From a bacterium (GTDB lineage Bacteria; SM23-31), in NCBI GenBank assembly GCA_965249485.1, contig OZ252239.1, positions 352,001 to 416,000 on the forward strand: DNA of 64,000 bases, in the 5' to 3' direction. Below the pieces are notes generated by a model. It ran no database searches. It was not told the origin of the DNA and saw only the letters and a list, made by a program, of their open reading frames with translations. Each line of letters starts with the position of its first letter. Within the stretch, counting starts at the first letter, position 1. The translations under genes and the position numbers were made by a program. Shown here in pieces: positions 10,485-19,857 of the stretch.

Positions 10485-12941
10485 TTACAGCAGATTGACC
10501 GGATCGACATCGATTGTCATCGACACTGTCTGCTTGAATGATGATTTCATAAAATAATCACGTGCCATCCGAGCAGCCTCGCGTATGGTCTTTCCATTGA
10601 GATCCTCCGATTTGCCGCTCCGTAGGAATATCATCCACCGATATTTGTTTCTGACTTTTTCTATTGGCGCAGGCGCAGGGCCGAGCAAATGGTTATGTGC
10701 TTCGGTTTTCCGCAGCCATTTACCGACCTGTGTTGCTGCATTCTCAACTTCACTTTCTGCCTGCCCCGAAAATCTCAACAAAATTATTCTTCCGAACGGA
10801 GGATAATCGAGTTCTTTTCTCTTTTCTGATTCTTGCTCATAAAACCGGATAAAGTCATGGTTGATCACCGCATTGAGGCAGTAATGATCGGAATGGTAGG
10901 TCTGAACAAGCACAAGTCCCTGCTCTTTTCTCCTTCCGGCGCGACCGGCTGCCTGCGTCAGCAGTTGAAACGTTTTTTCGGCCGCTCTGAATTCCGGTAG
11001 CAGTAGCCCCGTATCTGCTGAGACAATACCGACCAGGTTGACCCGTGAAAAATCAAATCCCTTTGCAATCATCTGGGTTCCGACAAGCACATCCGAATCG
11101 CCCCGCTCGAATTCACTTGTTATTTTATTGTGCGCACTTTTCGACCGTGTGGTATCGAGATCCATCCGAATCGTCCGATAACCGGGAATATATTCTTTGA
11201 GCGATTCCTCTACCTGTTGTGTTCCGACACCGGTATAGCGAAGATTGGTACCGCGGCATTCGGGGCACGTAAGCGGAGCTTTCCCTTCGTTTCCACAAAA
11301 ATGACACATGACCTTATTGGTTTTTTTGTGAAATGTCAGGCTTATATTGCACTGACTGCACGTCTCGATATATCCACACTTGCTGCACGATATAAAAGTT
11401 GAAAACCCCCGTCGGTTATACATGAGCAGCACCTGCTCGGATTTTTTCAGCCTCTTCGTAATTTCATCAATCAGCACATCGCTGAATATTGACCTTTTAC
11501 GATAGATCTCTTCCTCTTCCTGATTTTTCAGATCAATTAATTTCACGTCAGGCATCGGCACATTATCTATCCGGTCAGGGAGTTTCAGGAGGGTGTATTT
11601 TCCATTTATTGCATTATAATATGATTCCATACTCGGAGTTGCAGATCCGAGAATTACTACACCGTTATTGAGGACACCGCGATAGACTGCGACATCACGA
11701 GCATGATAATAAGGCGGTGATTCATGCTGCTTATAGGAGCTGTCGTGCTCTTCATCCACGATGATGAGCTTGAGTCGTTTGACCGGTGCGAAAATCACGG
11801 ACCGGGGACCGATAACGAGCCGTTTCTGACCCGAAGCTATCGAACGCCATGAATCGTACCGTTCTCCAGTCGACATCCTGCTGTGGAGAACTGCCACTTC
11901 GTTGCCAAATTGTGCACGGAAACTCGTTAGAAAATAATCCGTCAATGCAATTTCGGGCACCAGTAAAAGGACACCTTCACCAGCTTCGAGGGATTTACGT
12001 ATCAGTTCCATGTAGACGCGGGTCTTACCACTGCCTGTTACGCCGTGAAGAAGATAGACACCGTTTCTGTTTGAATCTTCTGAATGGGCAATTTGCTTAA
12101 CGAGAAGTTTTTGTGCTTTTTTTAGCGGCAGCAGAGCTTCTTTTTTCTGCTCATCCGGAGCCAGATATTCGCGAACAACTGCATTGCTGAATTTTTCGAT
12201 GAGCCCCTTTTTTGTCAATGCGGAAATTGCCTGGTCTGAACCGGAATATTTTTTGACTATAATGCTGCGGCTTATTGGGTTATGTCCACATATATACGTG
12301 TACACTGTTTTCTGAAGTGGTGCCCGTGAAAAAAGTTCTTCCGTTTTCTTTTCAGATAAAGTTATGAGCGGCCGGTAGTAGAGCAACATTTTTGGTTTTA
12401 CATCCCGGGAAGTAATTTGCTGATGAATGGTGATGAGGTTATACTTTTTGAGTTTATCGAGCGAATGGTAGAGACGGTACCTGCCGATTTCCTTCCGGAT
12501 AGTCTGTGGCGTCACCCGTTTCTGGTTCCTGACACAATGTATGATCTTTTCCTCAAGGGTACTGAGATTCACTCCATCCGGCTGAGTGTATGCCGTACCG
12601 GGTGTAATGAGTTCATAACTTTCTCTGTTGATTTTGACCGGAAGCATAAGGTCGAGTATTTCTCCGGTCGAAACAAAATAGTACGATCCCATCCACCGGG
12701 CAAGTGCAAACATCTCTTCATCAAAAACAGGCTCATCAAATAATATATCCTGTAGCTCTTTCACTTTGAATGTCGGATTTTGTGATGAGAGTGCTGTCAC
12801 AAATCCTGTTTTCAGGCTGTTGCGGAATGGTGCGGCTACAATAGTGCCGGGGACAACTGTCTCTTCCATATCGACAGGAACTTTATACGTAAATTCTTTT
12901 TCCAGAGGCAGCGGAAAAACAACCTGAGCAAACTGTTTCAT
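10485..12941 (-). CDS. priA: Primosomal protein N' (replication restart helicase)
   Basis: GVTGSGKT, LVPEIAL, VDEEHD, SATP, four CxxC Zn-binding pairs, GTQMIAKG, QAAGRAGR, DVDP end. Confidence 0.97.
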   Translation of the reverse strand: MKQFAQVVFPLPLEKEFTYKVPVDMEETVVPGTIVAAPFRNSLKTGFVTALSSQNPTFKVKELQDILFDEPVFDEEMFALARWMGSYYFVSTGEILDLMLPVKINRESYELITPGTAYTQPDGVNLSTLEEKIIHCVRNQKRVTPQTIRKEIGRYRLYHSLDKLKKYNLITIHQQITSRDVKPKMLLYYRPLITLSEKKTEELFSRAPLQKTVYTYICGHNPISRSIIVKKYSGSDQAISALTKKGLIEKFSNAVVREYLAPDEQKKEALLPLKKAQKLLVKQIAHSEDSNRNGVYLLHGVTGSGKTRVYMELIRKSLEAGEGVLLLVPEIALTDYFLTSFRAQFGNEVAVLHSRMSTGERYDSWRSIASGQKRLVIGPRSVIFAPVKRLKLIIVDEEHDSSYKQHESPPYYHARDVAVYRGVLNNGVVILGSATPSMESYYNAINGKYTLLKLPDRIDNVPMPDVKLIDLKNQEEEEIYRKRSIFSDVLIDEITKRLKKSEQVLLMYNRRGFSTFISCSKCGYIETCSQCNISLTFHKKTNKVMCHFCGNEGKAPLTCPECRGTNLRYTGVGTQQVEESLKEYIPGYRTIRMDLDTTRSKSAHNKITSEFERGDSDVLVGTQMIAKGFDFSRVNLVGIVSADTGLLLPEFRAAEKTFQLLTQAAGRAGRRKEQGLVLVQTYHSDHYCLNAVINHDFIRFYEQESEKRKELDYPPFGRIILLRFSGQAESEVENAATQVGKWLRKTEAHNHLLGPAPAPIEKVRNKYRWMIFLRSGKSEDLNGKTIREAARMARDYFMKSSFKQTVSMTIDVDPVNLL

Positions 12942-12975
12942 ACGTTATATTTTATGGATTATAATATTAAGAACG

Positions 12976-13515
12976 TTATAAGAAGACTAATCTGCAGACG
13001 ATAAAAGCGGCTGCAAGTCCGACAAAATCGGCAATCAAACAAGCAGGTACTGTATGGCGGTGTTTTCTGATAGCAACACTTCCGAAATAAAGCGCGACAA
13101 TATAAAACGTCGTTTCCGTACTCCCCATCATCGTCGAGGCAAGCCTGCCGATGAAGGAATCGGCACCATGTGTATTGATGAGTTCCGACATTATGCCAAG
13201 CGACCCTGAACCGGAAAGCGGTCGTAATAGTGCCATAGGCAGCGCTTCAGCCGGATACCCAAAAAATCCGGTTATGGGTGATATGATACGCACAAACATA
13301 TCCATTGCTCCCGATTCCCTGAACATACCAATGGCAACAAGAATAGCAACAAGAAACGGAATGATCTTGATCGCTATTTCAAACCCTTCCTTCGCTCCTT
13401 CGACAAAGACTTCATAAACTTTGACCTTCCGGACAAAGCCTGTGACGACTATCGTTACAAAAATGACAGGTATAGCCCATGAAGAAATGAGTTCAATTAT
13501 TGCGCGGAATCCCAT
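12976..13515 (-). CDS. spmB: SpmB family (nucleoside-recognition Gate) membrane protein
   Basis: KVYEVFVEGAKEG, LLRPLSGSGS, GSTETTFY. Confidence 0.92.
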   Translation of the reverse strand: MGFRAIIELISSWAIPVIFVTIVVTGFVRKVKVYEVFVEGAKEGFEIAIKIIPFLVAILVAIGMFRESGAMDMFVRIISPITGFFGYPAEALPMALLRPLSGSGSLGIMSELINTHGADSFIGRLASTMMGSTETTFYIVALYFGSVAIRKHRHTVPACLIADFVGLAAAFIVCRLVFL

Positions 13516-13539
13516 AAAAATATCCTGTGCTATTTGATG

Positions 13540-14151
13540 TTATGAATCGTCTGCATTCAATTTTTTAATCCGGAAAACCTTTAATCTCTGCAGTAATTTT
13601 GATGCAACGATGGCTGTAATCGTCGAGCAGGTTGTCGCGATTATTGTTGTCCCGATTATATCGGTCGGACCTGCCGATTCAGCGGCAACCCGAATTCCGA
13701 TCACGGTAGCCGGAATAATCGTCACATCCGAGGTATTGATAGCAAGAAACGTTGCCATCGCATTCGATGCATACTCTTTATCCTCATTCAATTCCTGCAG
13801 TTCTCTCATCGCTTTGAGTCCGAGCGGCGTGGCAGCATTTGCCAAACCGAGCGCATTAGCCGCCATGTTCATGATCATCGATCCCATCGCAGGATGCTCC
13901 GGCGGTACATCCGGAAATATCCTCCGCATAACCGGTTTTACTGCTTTTGCAAGCAGGGTCACAAGTCCCGACTCTTCGGCGACACGCATTATACCAAGCC
14001 ATAACGCCAAGAAACCGATCAACCCCAGAGCAAGTTCGACCGAAGTACGAGCACCGTTCATAGCACCTTCGGTAACACCCGCAATATTTCCTGTTGCACC
14101 GCCGACAATCACCGCAAAAACAATCAACAACAGCCAAATGATATTTATCAT
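13540..14151 (-). CDS. spmA: SpmA family membrane protein
   Basis: MINIIW, LWLGIMRVAE, ANALGLANAATPLGLKAM, LAINTS. Confidence 0.92.
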   Translation of the reverse strand: MINIIWLLLIVFAVIVGGATGNIAGVTEGAMNGARTSVELALGLIGFLALWLGIMRVAEESGLVTLLAKAVKPVMRRIFPDVPPEHPAMGSMIMNMAANALGLANAATPLGLKAMRELQELNEDKEYASNAMATFLAINTSDVTIIPATVIGIRVAAESAGPTDIIGTTIIATTCSTITAIVASKLLQRLKVFRIKKLNADDS

Positions 14152-14442
14152 GATTGGTTATTTATGTAAGAATTAGTAAACATTTTAAAATTACACCAAG
14201 TTACAGTTTTTATAACATATTGTCAACCTCTCATCATTGCTGTGGAATTTGGTTAATACAGAGCATGGTTTCACAGGAATTTCTATTACTCTTGAGCAAA
14301 AAATAGACGGAGATTTTAATTGATTTTAATGAATATTCTCTTAAATTTCGGATTAGTGATTGTTCGTGTTGAAAGGTCAAGATAACCTCGCGATTTCTAC
14401 ACAATTCAGTATCCTTTCGGGCATTTCAAAACTTACGTATAC

Positions 14443-17400
14443 GTGAAAATGACTAATTTCGTACATCTTCATAATCATACTGAATACAGTCTTCTGGACG
14501 GTTTGTGCAAGGTCAGTGATCTTGTTAAAGCAACACAGGAGGCAAAGATGTCCTCTGTGGCTATTACCGATCACGGAAATCTCTTCGGTGCAATCGAGTT
14601 TTATCAAAAGGCGACCAGCGAGGGGATAAAACCCATTATCGGAATGGAAGCGTATGTAGCAAAAGAGCCCATCATTGATGGTAAGAAAGGCAATGGTGGC
14701 ATCAAGAACTCATATAATCACCTGGTTTTGCTGGCCAAGAATGCAAAGGGATATAAAAACCTCATCAAACTCGCTTCACTTGCATATGAAAAGGGATTCT
14801 ATTACCGGCCGAGAGTAGATGATGCAATGCTTGAAGAATATTCCGAGGGCATTCTCGGTATGTCTGCCTGTATCAAGGGAATGATTCCCGAACTGTTAAT
14901 CAACAACGAACGGAAAAAAGCTGAAGATAAATTAGCACAATACCTCGATATTTTTGATGGTGATTTCTACATCGAGCTCATGGATCACGGCATCGATGAA
15001 GAGATCATTGCGAAACAGCGGCTTGTTGATCTCGCGCGAGATAAGGGCGTACCGCTTGTCGCAACCAACGACAGCCACTATATGAGACGCAATCACGCTT
15101 CTGCCCATGAAATTATGTTGTGTGTGCAGACACAAACAACGATGTCTGATCCCAAACGATTTAAATTGTCGACTCACGAGCTCTATTTTAAAACGCTTTC
15201 GGAAATGGAAACCTTGTTTGATGCAATACCTGAGGCACTCTCAAATACGGTTATGGTTGCAGATAAATGCAATGTTCTGCTTGATTTCACATCGCGCAAT
15301 CTGCCAAAATACCCCCTTGATGATCAGTATAAGGAAAAAGGGATTGACTCATATTTAACAACAATTGCTTATGAAGGCATTGAGACAAAATATAAAAAGG
15401 TAACTCCCGAGATTCAAGAGCGGCTCGACTATGAGCTGAGCATCATCCACAAAATGCATTTTTCCGATTATTTTCTAGTCGTCAAAGATTTTACCGACTT
15501 TGCGCGGAATAATGATATTCCTGTCGGACCGGGGCGCGGGTCTGCTGCAGGAAGTCTCACATCTTATGCACTCGGCATTACGAATATCGATCCGATCAAG
15601 TATGATCTTCTGTTTGAGCGATTCCTGAATCCTGAGCGGGTTACTATGCCCGATATCGACATCGACTTTTGTTATGAGAAACGTGATCAGGTTATCAATT
15701 ATTGTAAGGAAAAATACGGTGAGGACTGCGTTACACAGATAATTACGTTCGGAAGCATGAACGCCCGTGGGGTGATACGCGATGTTGGACGGGTCATGGA
15801 TCTAACCTATGATGAGGTCGATAAACTTGCGAAACTAATTCCGAACATTCCGAAAATTACGCTCAAGTCTGCCCTTGAAAACTCTCAAGAATTGAAGACT
15901 GCCATTAACGGAAATCCCCAGTACCAAACACTTATCAAGGAAGCGCAAGTTCTTGAAGGTATGGCACGGCATGCTTCAACACATGCTGCCGGCATTGTCA
16001 TTGCACCGGAACCGCTAACAAATTTTTTGCCGCTATTTAAAAATCCGAAAACGGGTGATACTACATCGCAGTACACAATGAATTACATTGAGAATATCGG
16101 GCTGCTCAAAATTGATATTCTCGGAATTCGGACCCTTACCGTAATTAACGACTGTGTGAAAATGGTTCACAATAAAGGAATAACGCTTGATTTAGAGAGT
16201 ATTCCGCTCGATGACAAAAAGACGTATGAGCTTTTTTCACGAGCAGATACCGTCGGTGTTTTTCAGTTTGAAAGTACCGGAATGCGAGACTATCTCCGAA
16301 AGTTAAAACCGGAGTGTATTGAAGACTTGATTGCTATGAATGCGCTATACCGCCCCGGTCCTCTCGGCAGCAATATGGTTGATAATTTCATCAAGCGGAA
16401 GCACGGTGAGAAAGAGATTGAGTATATTCATGAAAAGCTTGAACCGATCCTCCGTGAAACGAACGGTATTATCGTGTACCAGGAACAGGTTATGCGGATT
16501 GCGAACGATCTTGCCGGATTTACGCTGGGTAACGCGGACATCCTCCGATGGGCAATGGGAAAGAAAAAACTCGAGCTCATGCGAGAGAAAAAAGAAGAAT
16601 TTAAAGACGGATGTGAAAAAAACGGTATCGACAATAAGACGGCCGAAGAAATATTCGACCATATTGACAAATTTGCCGGATACGGATTTAACAAATCTCA
16701 TTCTGCCGGTTATGCTCTGGTAGCATACCAGACTGCATATTTGAAAACCCACTTTCCAAGTGAATTTATGGCGGCTACAATGTCATCCGAACTGGACCAG
16801 ACCGACAGAATTGTCATTTTGCTGGATGAGTGCCGTCAGATGGGAATCGAAGTTAAAGCTCCCGATATCATGAGGAGCGAAGTTAAATTTACTGTAATAG
16901 ATAATGCTATACGATTCGGGCTGGGGGCAATTAAAAATGTTGGACAAGCAGCACTCACTTCTCTTCTTGAGGAACGGGGTTCGTTTGAACATTGTACCCA
17001 ATTTTTTGAATTTTGTGAGCATGTCGATTCTCGTACTGTAAACAAAAAAGTTTTTGAGAGCCTAATTAAAGCAGGTGCCCTCGACAGTCTGGCCGGAAGC
17101 CGCACCGAGAAATTCCAGTCTATCGATATGGCACTCAACTATGCACACCACTCGAGCGCTGAGCGTGAAAAGGGACAAACAAATATTTTTAATGTGGACG
17201 AAGACAGCGACGCACCTGTGGTTGAGAAGGACTATCCGTCGCTCACTTTTAATGAAGAAAACGATTGGTCGGTTTACGACATTCTCGCATTTGAAAAAGA
17301 TGTTCTCGGATTTTACCTGTCCGGTCATCCGCTCAATAAATATCGTGATGAGCTGGAAGGACTGTCGCTTCATCAAATAGCCCAGCTTCCGGAATTAAAG

Positions 17401-17913
17401 ACCGAGATTCCCATCAGGAACGGCGGTATCGTGACATCATTAAAAATCTCCTCAACAAAAAAAGATCCGAACAAAAGTATCGCCTTTCTGACAATCGAAG
17501 ATTTCACCGGATCGATCGAAGCAATTCTTTTTCCCGACCGATTTGCCAAATTCCGTAAACTTATCGAAGTAGATACTATGATTTTCATAAGCGGGCAGCT
17601 TTCCCGCCGTGAGGAAGATAATCCGAAAATCATAGTTGACGATATCATGCCGATAGAAAAAGCGCGGGAATCTTTTACAAAGAAAGTACTGATCTCGCTA
17701 ACAGCACAGGGATTAGAACCATCTGCGCTAGAAAAGATCGATTCAGTTGCTCAAAAATCAAAAGGACACTGCGACCTGCTCATAGAGGTTAAAACATCTG
17801 CGAATGAACGAGTGCTTATGAAATCGGGAAAATATCATATAAACGCAAATGACAAAACAATCGGTAAACTCCGAGAGCTTCTCGGCAAAGATAACGTGAG
17901 AATTGCCGGATAG
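14443..17913 (+). CDS. dnaE: DNA polymerase III alpha subunit (start GTG 14443 or ATG 14449)
   Basis: PHP domain FVHLHNHTEYSLLDG/TDHG, GPGRGSAAGS, MPDIDIDF, YGFNKSH, OB fold. No intein seen. Confidence 0.98.
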   Translation: MKMTNFVHLHNHTEYSLLDGLCKVSDLVKATQEAKMSSVAITDHGNLFGAIEFYQKATSEGIKPIIGMEAYVAKEPIIDGKKGNGGIKNSYNHLVLLAKNAKGYKNLIKLASLAYEKGFYYRPRVDDAMLEEYSEGILGMSACIKGMIPELLINNERKKAEDKLAQYLDIFDGDFYIELMDHGIDEEIIAKQRLVDLARDKGVPLVATNDSHYMRRNHASAHEIMLCVQTQTTMSDPKRFKLSTHELYFKTLSEMETLFDAIPEALSNTVMVADKCNVLLDFTSRNLPKYPLDDQYKEKGIDSYLTTIAYEGIETKYKKVTPEIQERLDYELSIIHKMHFSDYFLVVKDFTDFARNNDIPVGPGRGSAAGSLTSYALGITNIDPIKYDLLFERFLNPERVTMPDIDIDFCYEKRDQVINYCKEKYGEDCVTQIITFGSMNARGVIRDVGRVMDLTYDEVDKLAKLIPNIPKITLKSALENSQELKTAINGNPQYQTLIKEAQVLEGMARHASTHAAGIVIAPEPLTNFLPLFKNPKTGDTTSQYTMNYIENIGLLKIDILGIRTLTVINDCVKMVHNKGITLDLESIPLDDKKTYELFSRADTVGVFQFESTGMRDYLRKLKPECIEDLIAMNALYRPGPLGSNMVDNFIKRKHGEKEIEYIHEKLEPILRETNGIIVYQEQVMRIANDLAGFTLGNADILRWAMGKKKLELMREKKEEFKDGCEKNGIDNKTAEEIFDHIDKFAGYGFNKSHSAGYALVAYQTAYLKTHFPSEFMAATMSSELDQTDRIVILLDECRQMGIEVKAPDIMRSEVKFTVIDNAIRFGLGAIKNVGQAALTSLLEERGSFEHCTQFFEFCEHVDSRTVNKKVFESLIKAGALDSLAGSRTEKFQSIDMALNYAHHSSAEREKGQTNIFNVDEDSDAPVVEKDYPSLTFNEENDWSVYDILAFEKDVLGFYLSGHPLNKYRDELEGLSLHQIAQLPELKTEIPIRNGGIVTSLKISSTKKDPNKSIAFLTIEDFTGSIEAILFPDRFAKFRKLIEVDTMIFISGQLSRREEDNPKIIVDDIMPIEKARESFTKKVLISLTAQGLEPSALEKIDSVAQKSKGHCDLLIEVKTSANERVLMKSGKYHINANDKTIGKLRELLGKDNVRIAG

Positions 17914-17953
17914 CAGGCAGCATTCTACACGTGTGATCAATTGGATATACGAC

Positions 17954-18730
17954 GTGACATTATCAATTACTATTCTCGGCTCAGGTGGGTCTTCCGGTGT
18001 TCCGGAAATAGGGTGTACCTGTTCCGTATGCACTTCTTCCGATCCACGTAACAAACGACAGCGCAGTTCAATTATAATTCATCATAATGCAAGCAATATT
18101 CTCATCGATACCACTCCAGATTTTCGCCAGCAGATACTCAGTAATAGTATACAGGATATTAGTGCTATCCTTTTTACTCATGCACATGCAGATCACGTTA
18201 TGGGTCTTGCCGATATCCGTCCCTTCAATTTAATGAAGGGTATTCCGATCGATTCCTACTGCAGTGATGAGACATCTACCCACATTCAGGAAACATTTTC
18301 GTATATTTTCAATGCACCTGAGTCACTCAGACAATATTTCCCGCAGGTACAATTACATACACTGAACGGGTCTATCGAAATTTCCGGTCTATCCATCACT
18401 CCATTTACAGTTTTCCATCATAAAATGCCGGTAACTGCCTTCCGGTTTGATAACTCTGCCTATATTACAGATGTCAGCTTAATTCCCGAGGAACATTTTT
18501 CATTGTTAGATGGGCTTGATCTTCTGATTCTCGGTGCTTTCAGGTATGAAAAACATATTTCTCATTTTTCTTTAGATGAAGCGGTCGAAACCGCTCAAAA
18601 GATTAATGCCCGGAGGACAGTTTTAACCCATTTAAGTCACTCATTTGACCATGATAAAGTGAATAATGATCTTCCTGACACTATGAGCCTTGCGTATGAT
18701 GGTTTGAAAATCACACCTAAAAATCTATGA
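17954..18730 (+). CDS. MBL-fold metallo-hydrolase, PhnP/YycJ-like
   Basis: LGSGGSSGVP..GC.C..C, IDTTPDFR, THAHADH, YITD, THLSH, AYDGL. Likely GTG start at 17954. Confidence 0.92.
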   Translation: MTLSITILGSGGSSGVPEIGCTCSVCTSSDPRNKRQRSSIIIHHNASNILIDTTPDFRQQILSNSIQDISAILFTHAHADHVMGLADIRPFNLMKGIPIDSYCSDETSTHIQETFSYIFNAPESLRQYFPQVQLHTLNGSIEISGLSITPFTVFHHKMPVTAFRFDNSAYITDVSLIPEEHFSLLDGLDLLILGAFRYEKHISHFSLDEAVETAQKINARRTVLTHLSHSFDHDKVNNDLPDTMSLAYDGLKITPKNL

Positions 18731-18779
18731 TTTTTTTATTACTCTAAATCACTTTTTAAATATAATATTATCAAAACTT

Positions 18780-18806
18780 TAAAGTTTCACAAAAGATTGA
18801 CGATAC
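18780..18806 (+). promoter_or_regulatory. Sigma-28 (FliA/SigD)-type promoter of flagellin
   Basis: TAAA(GTTT)-N15-GACGATAC against the consensus TAAA-N15-GCCGATAA. Confidence 0.75.
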
Positions 18807-18854
18807 ATTAGAGTAGCAAGATTACACTCATGTAGTTTGTAGTATATTTTTTTA

Positions 18855-18921
18855 GTTTCAGGAAACAGAAGCCTACTATTGTCCGGCATGGAGGTCGGGC
18901 AGGCCACCAATAACAAGGAGG
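18855..18921 (+). promoter_or_regulatory. Putative CsrA-binding GGA sites in the flagellin 5' UTR
   Basis: gtttcAGGAaac; hairpin ccggc-ATGGAG-gtcgg (18883-18898); ACAAGGAGG SD. Same layout as known hag/fliC leaders. Confidence 0.55.
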
Positions 18922-18928
18922 TTATGAT

Positions 18929-19615
18929 ATGGCCATTGGAGATTCCACCCGTATCAACACTAATATAGCTGCGTTTAATGCACTCAACGCCCTCAAGAGT
19001 GTCAACCGCAATTTAGAAAAACCCCAGTTAAAACTAGCAACAGGTCTCAGGATTAACGAGGTATCAGACGATCCTGCAGGATTTGTTATTTCAAAACGGC
19101 TCGTTGCCAGAAGCAGGGGTTTGTCGGTCGCGCTTGATAATGTCGGAACCGCTAAGAATGTGCTCTCGATTGCTGAGGGAGGGCTCTTGAGTATCTCCGA
19201 CATCCTGATCAGGATGAAGGAACTGGTAACCCAGGCGGCATCCGATACGCTCTCATTTTCGATAACTCAGAATCACGGCGCGGCAAGCCTGTCAGTCGCT
19301 TCAGGGGACGTTTCAAATAATATCACGAATTCCTCGAGTGCTGCAAGTGCGCTTTCGAATGTGAACAGTGCAATCGATCTGATTAATACGTCGCTCCAAC
19401 AGATCGGGGCGACCATATCGAGACTCACGGTTAAAGAAACAACCCTCTCGATCTCTACCACCAATACTGAGGCAACCAAAGCAAGAATCCTCGATGCCGA
19501 CATTGCTAAAGAACAGCTCGAAAGTACACGGTTCCAGATACTCCAGCAAACGGCTACTGCACAGCTTGCTCAGTCGAATGTTATACCGCAAAACGTCCTC
19601 GCGCTCTTTACCTAA
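18929..19615 (+). CDS. fliC: Flagellin, only 228 aa, with an apparent in-frame internal deletion (possible pseudogene)
   Basis: TRINTNIAA, LATGLRIN..SDDPAG, AEGGL..I.DIL.RMKEL..QAASDT; C-terminal ARILDADIAKE...QILQQ. The ND1b helix and FNG segment are absent after SDTL. Confidence 0.9.
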   Translation: MAIGDSTRINTNIAAFNALNALKSVNRNLEKPQLKLATGLRINEVSDDPAGFVISKRLVARSRGLSVALDNVGTAKNVLSIAEGGLLSISDILIRMKELVTQAASDTLSFSITQNHGAASLSVASGDVSNNITNSSSAASALSNVNSAIDLINTSLQQIGATISRLTVKETTLSISTTNTEATKARILDADIAKEQLESTRFQILQQTATAQLAQSNVIPQNVLALFT

Positions 19616-19745
19616 AAGCAGGACAGAGGGAATAACGTTGACGTAGTTGTAACATAAACGTTTTATAATATCAATAACCGATATTACAATTGCGCGGAAA
19701 TATCGGTGTTTTGAAGAAGCTACACCAATAGCCAAAACCACCTCC

Positions 19746-19780
19746 AAAGGCAGTGCAACACTCTGTACTGCCTTTTTTTT
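19746..19780 (+). terminator. Rho-independent terminator after flagellin
   Basis: aaaggcagtgca-acactc-tgtactgccttt followed by a T-run. Confidence 0.8.
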
Positions 19781-19857
19781 GCTCTAATAATTACGAAAAG
19801 AAGAATATGTTTGAGGATACTTCGGTGTCAGAATTTCACTGATGTGAATAGATCAGC

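Noticed and set aside
12976..14151. spmA/spmB as evidence of sporulation
   Set aside because: These Gate-domain proteins are common in non-sporulating bacteria, and no other sporulation genes are present.
14443..17913. Intein in dnaE or gyrA
   Set aside because: Lengths are typical, and there are no intein terminal motifs or insertions.
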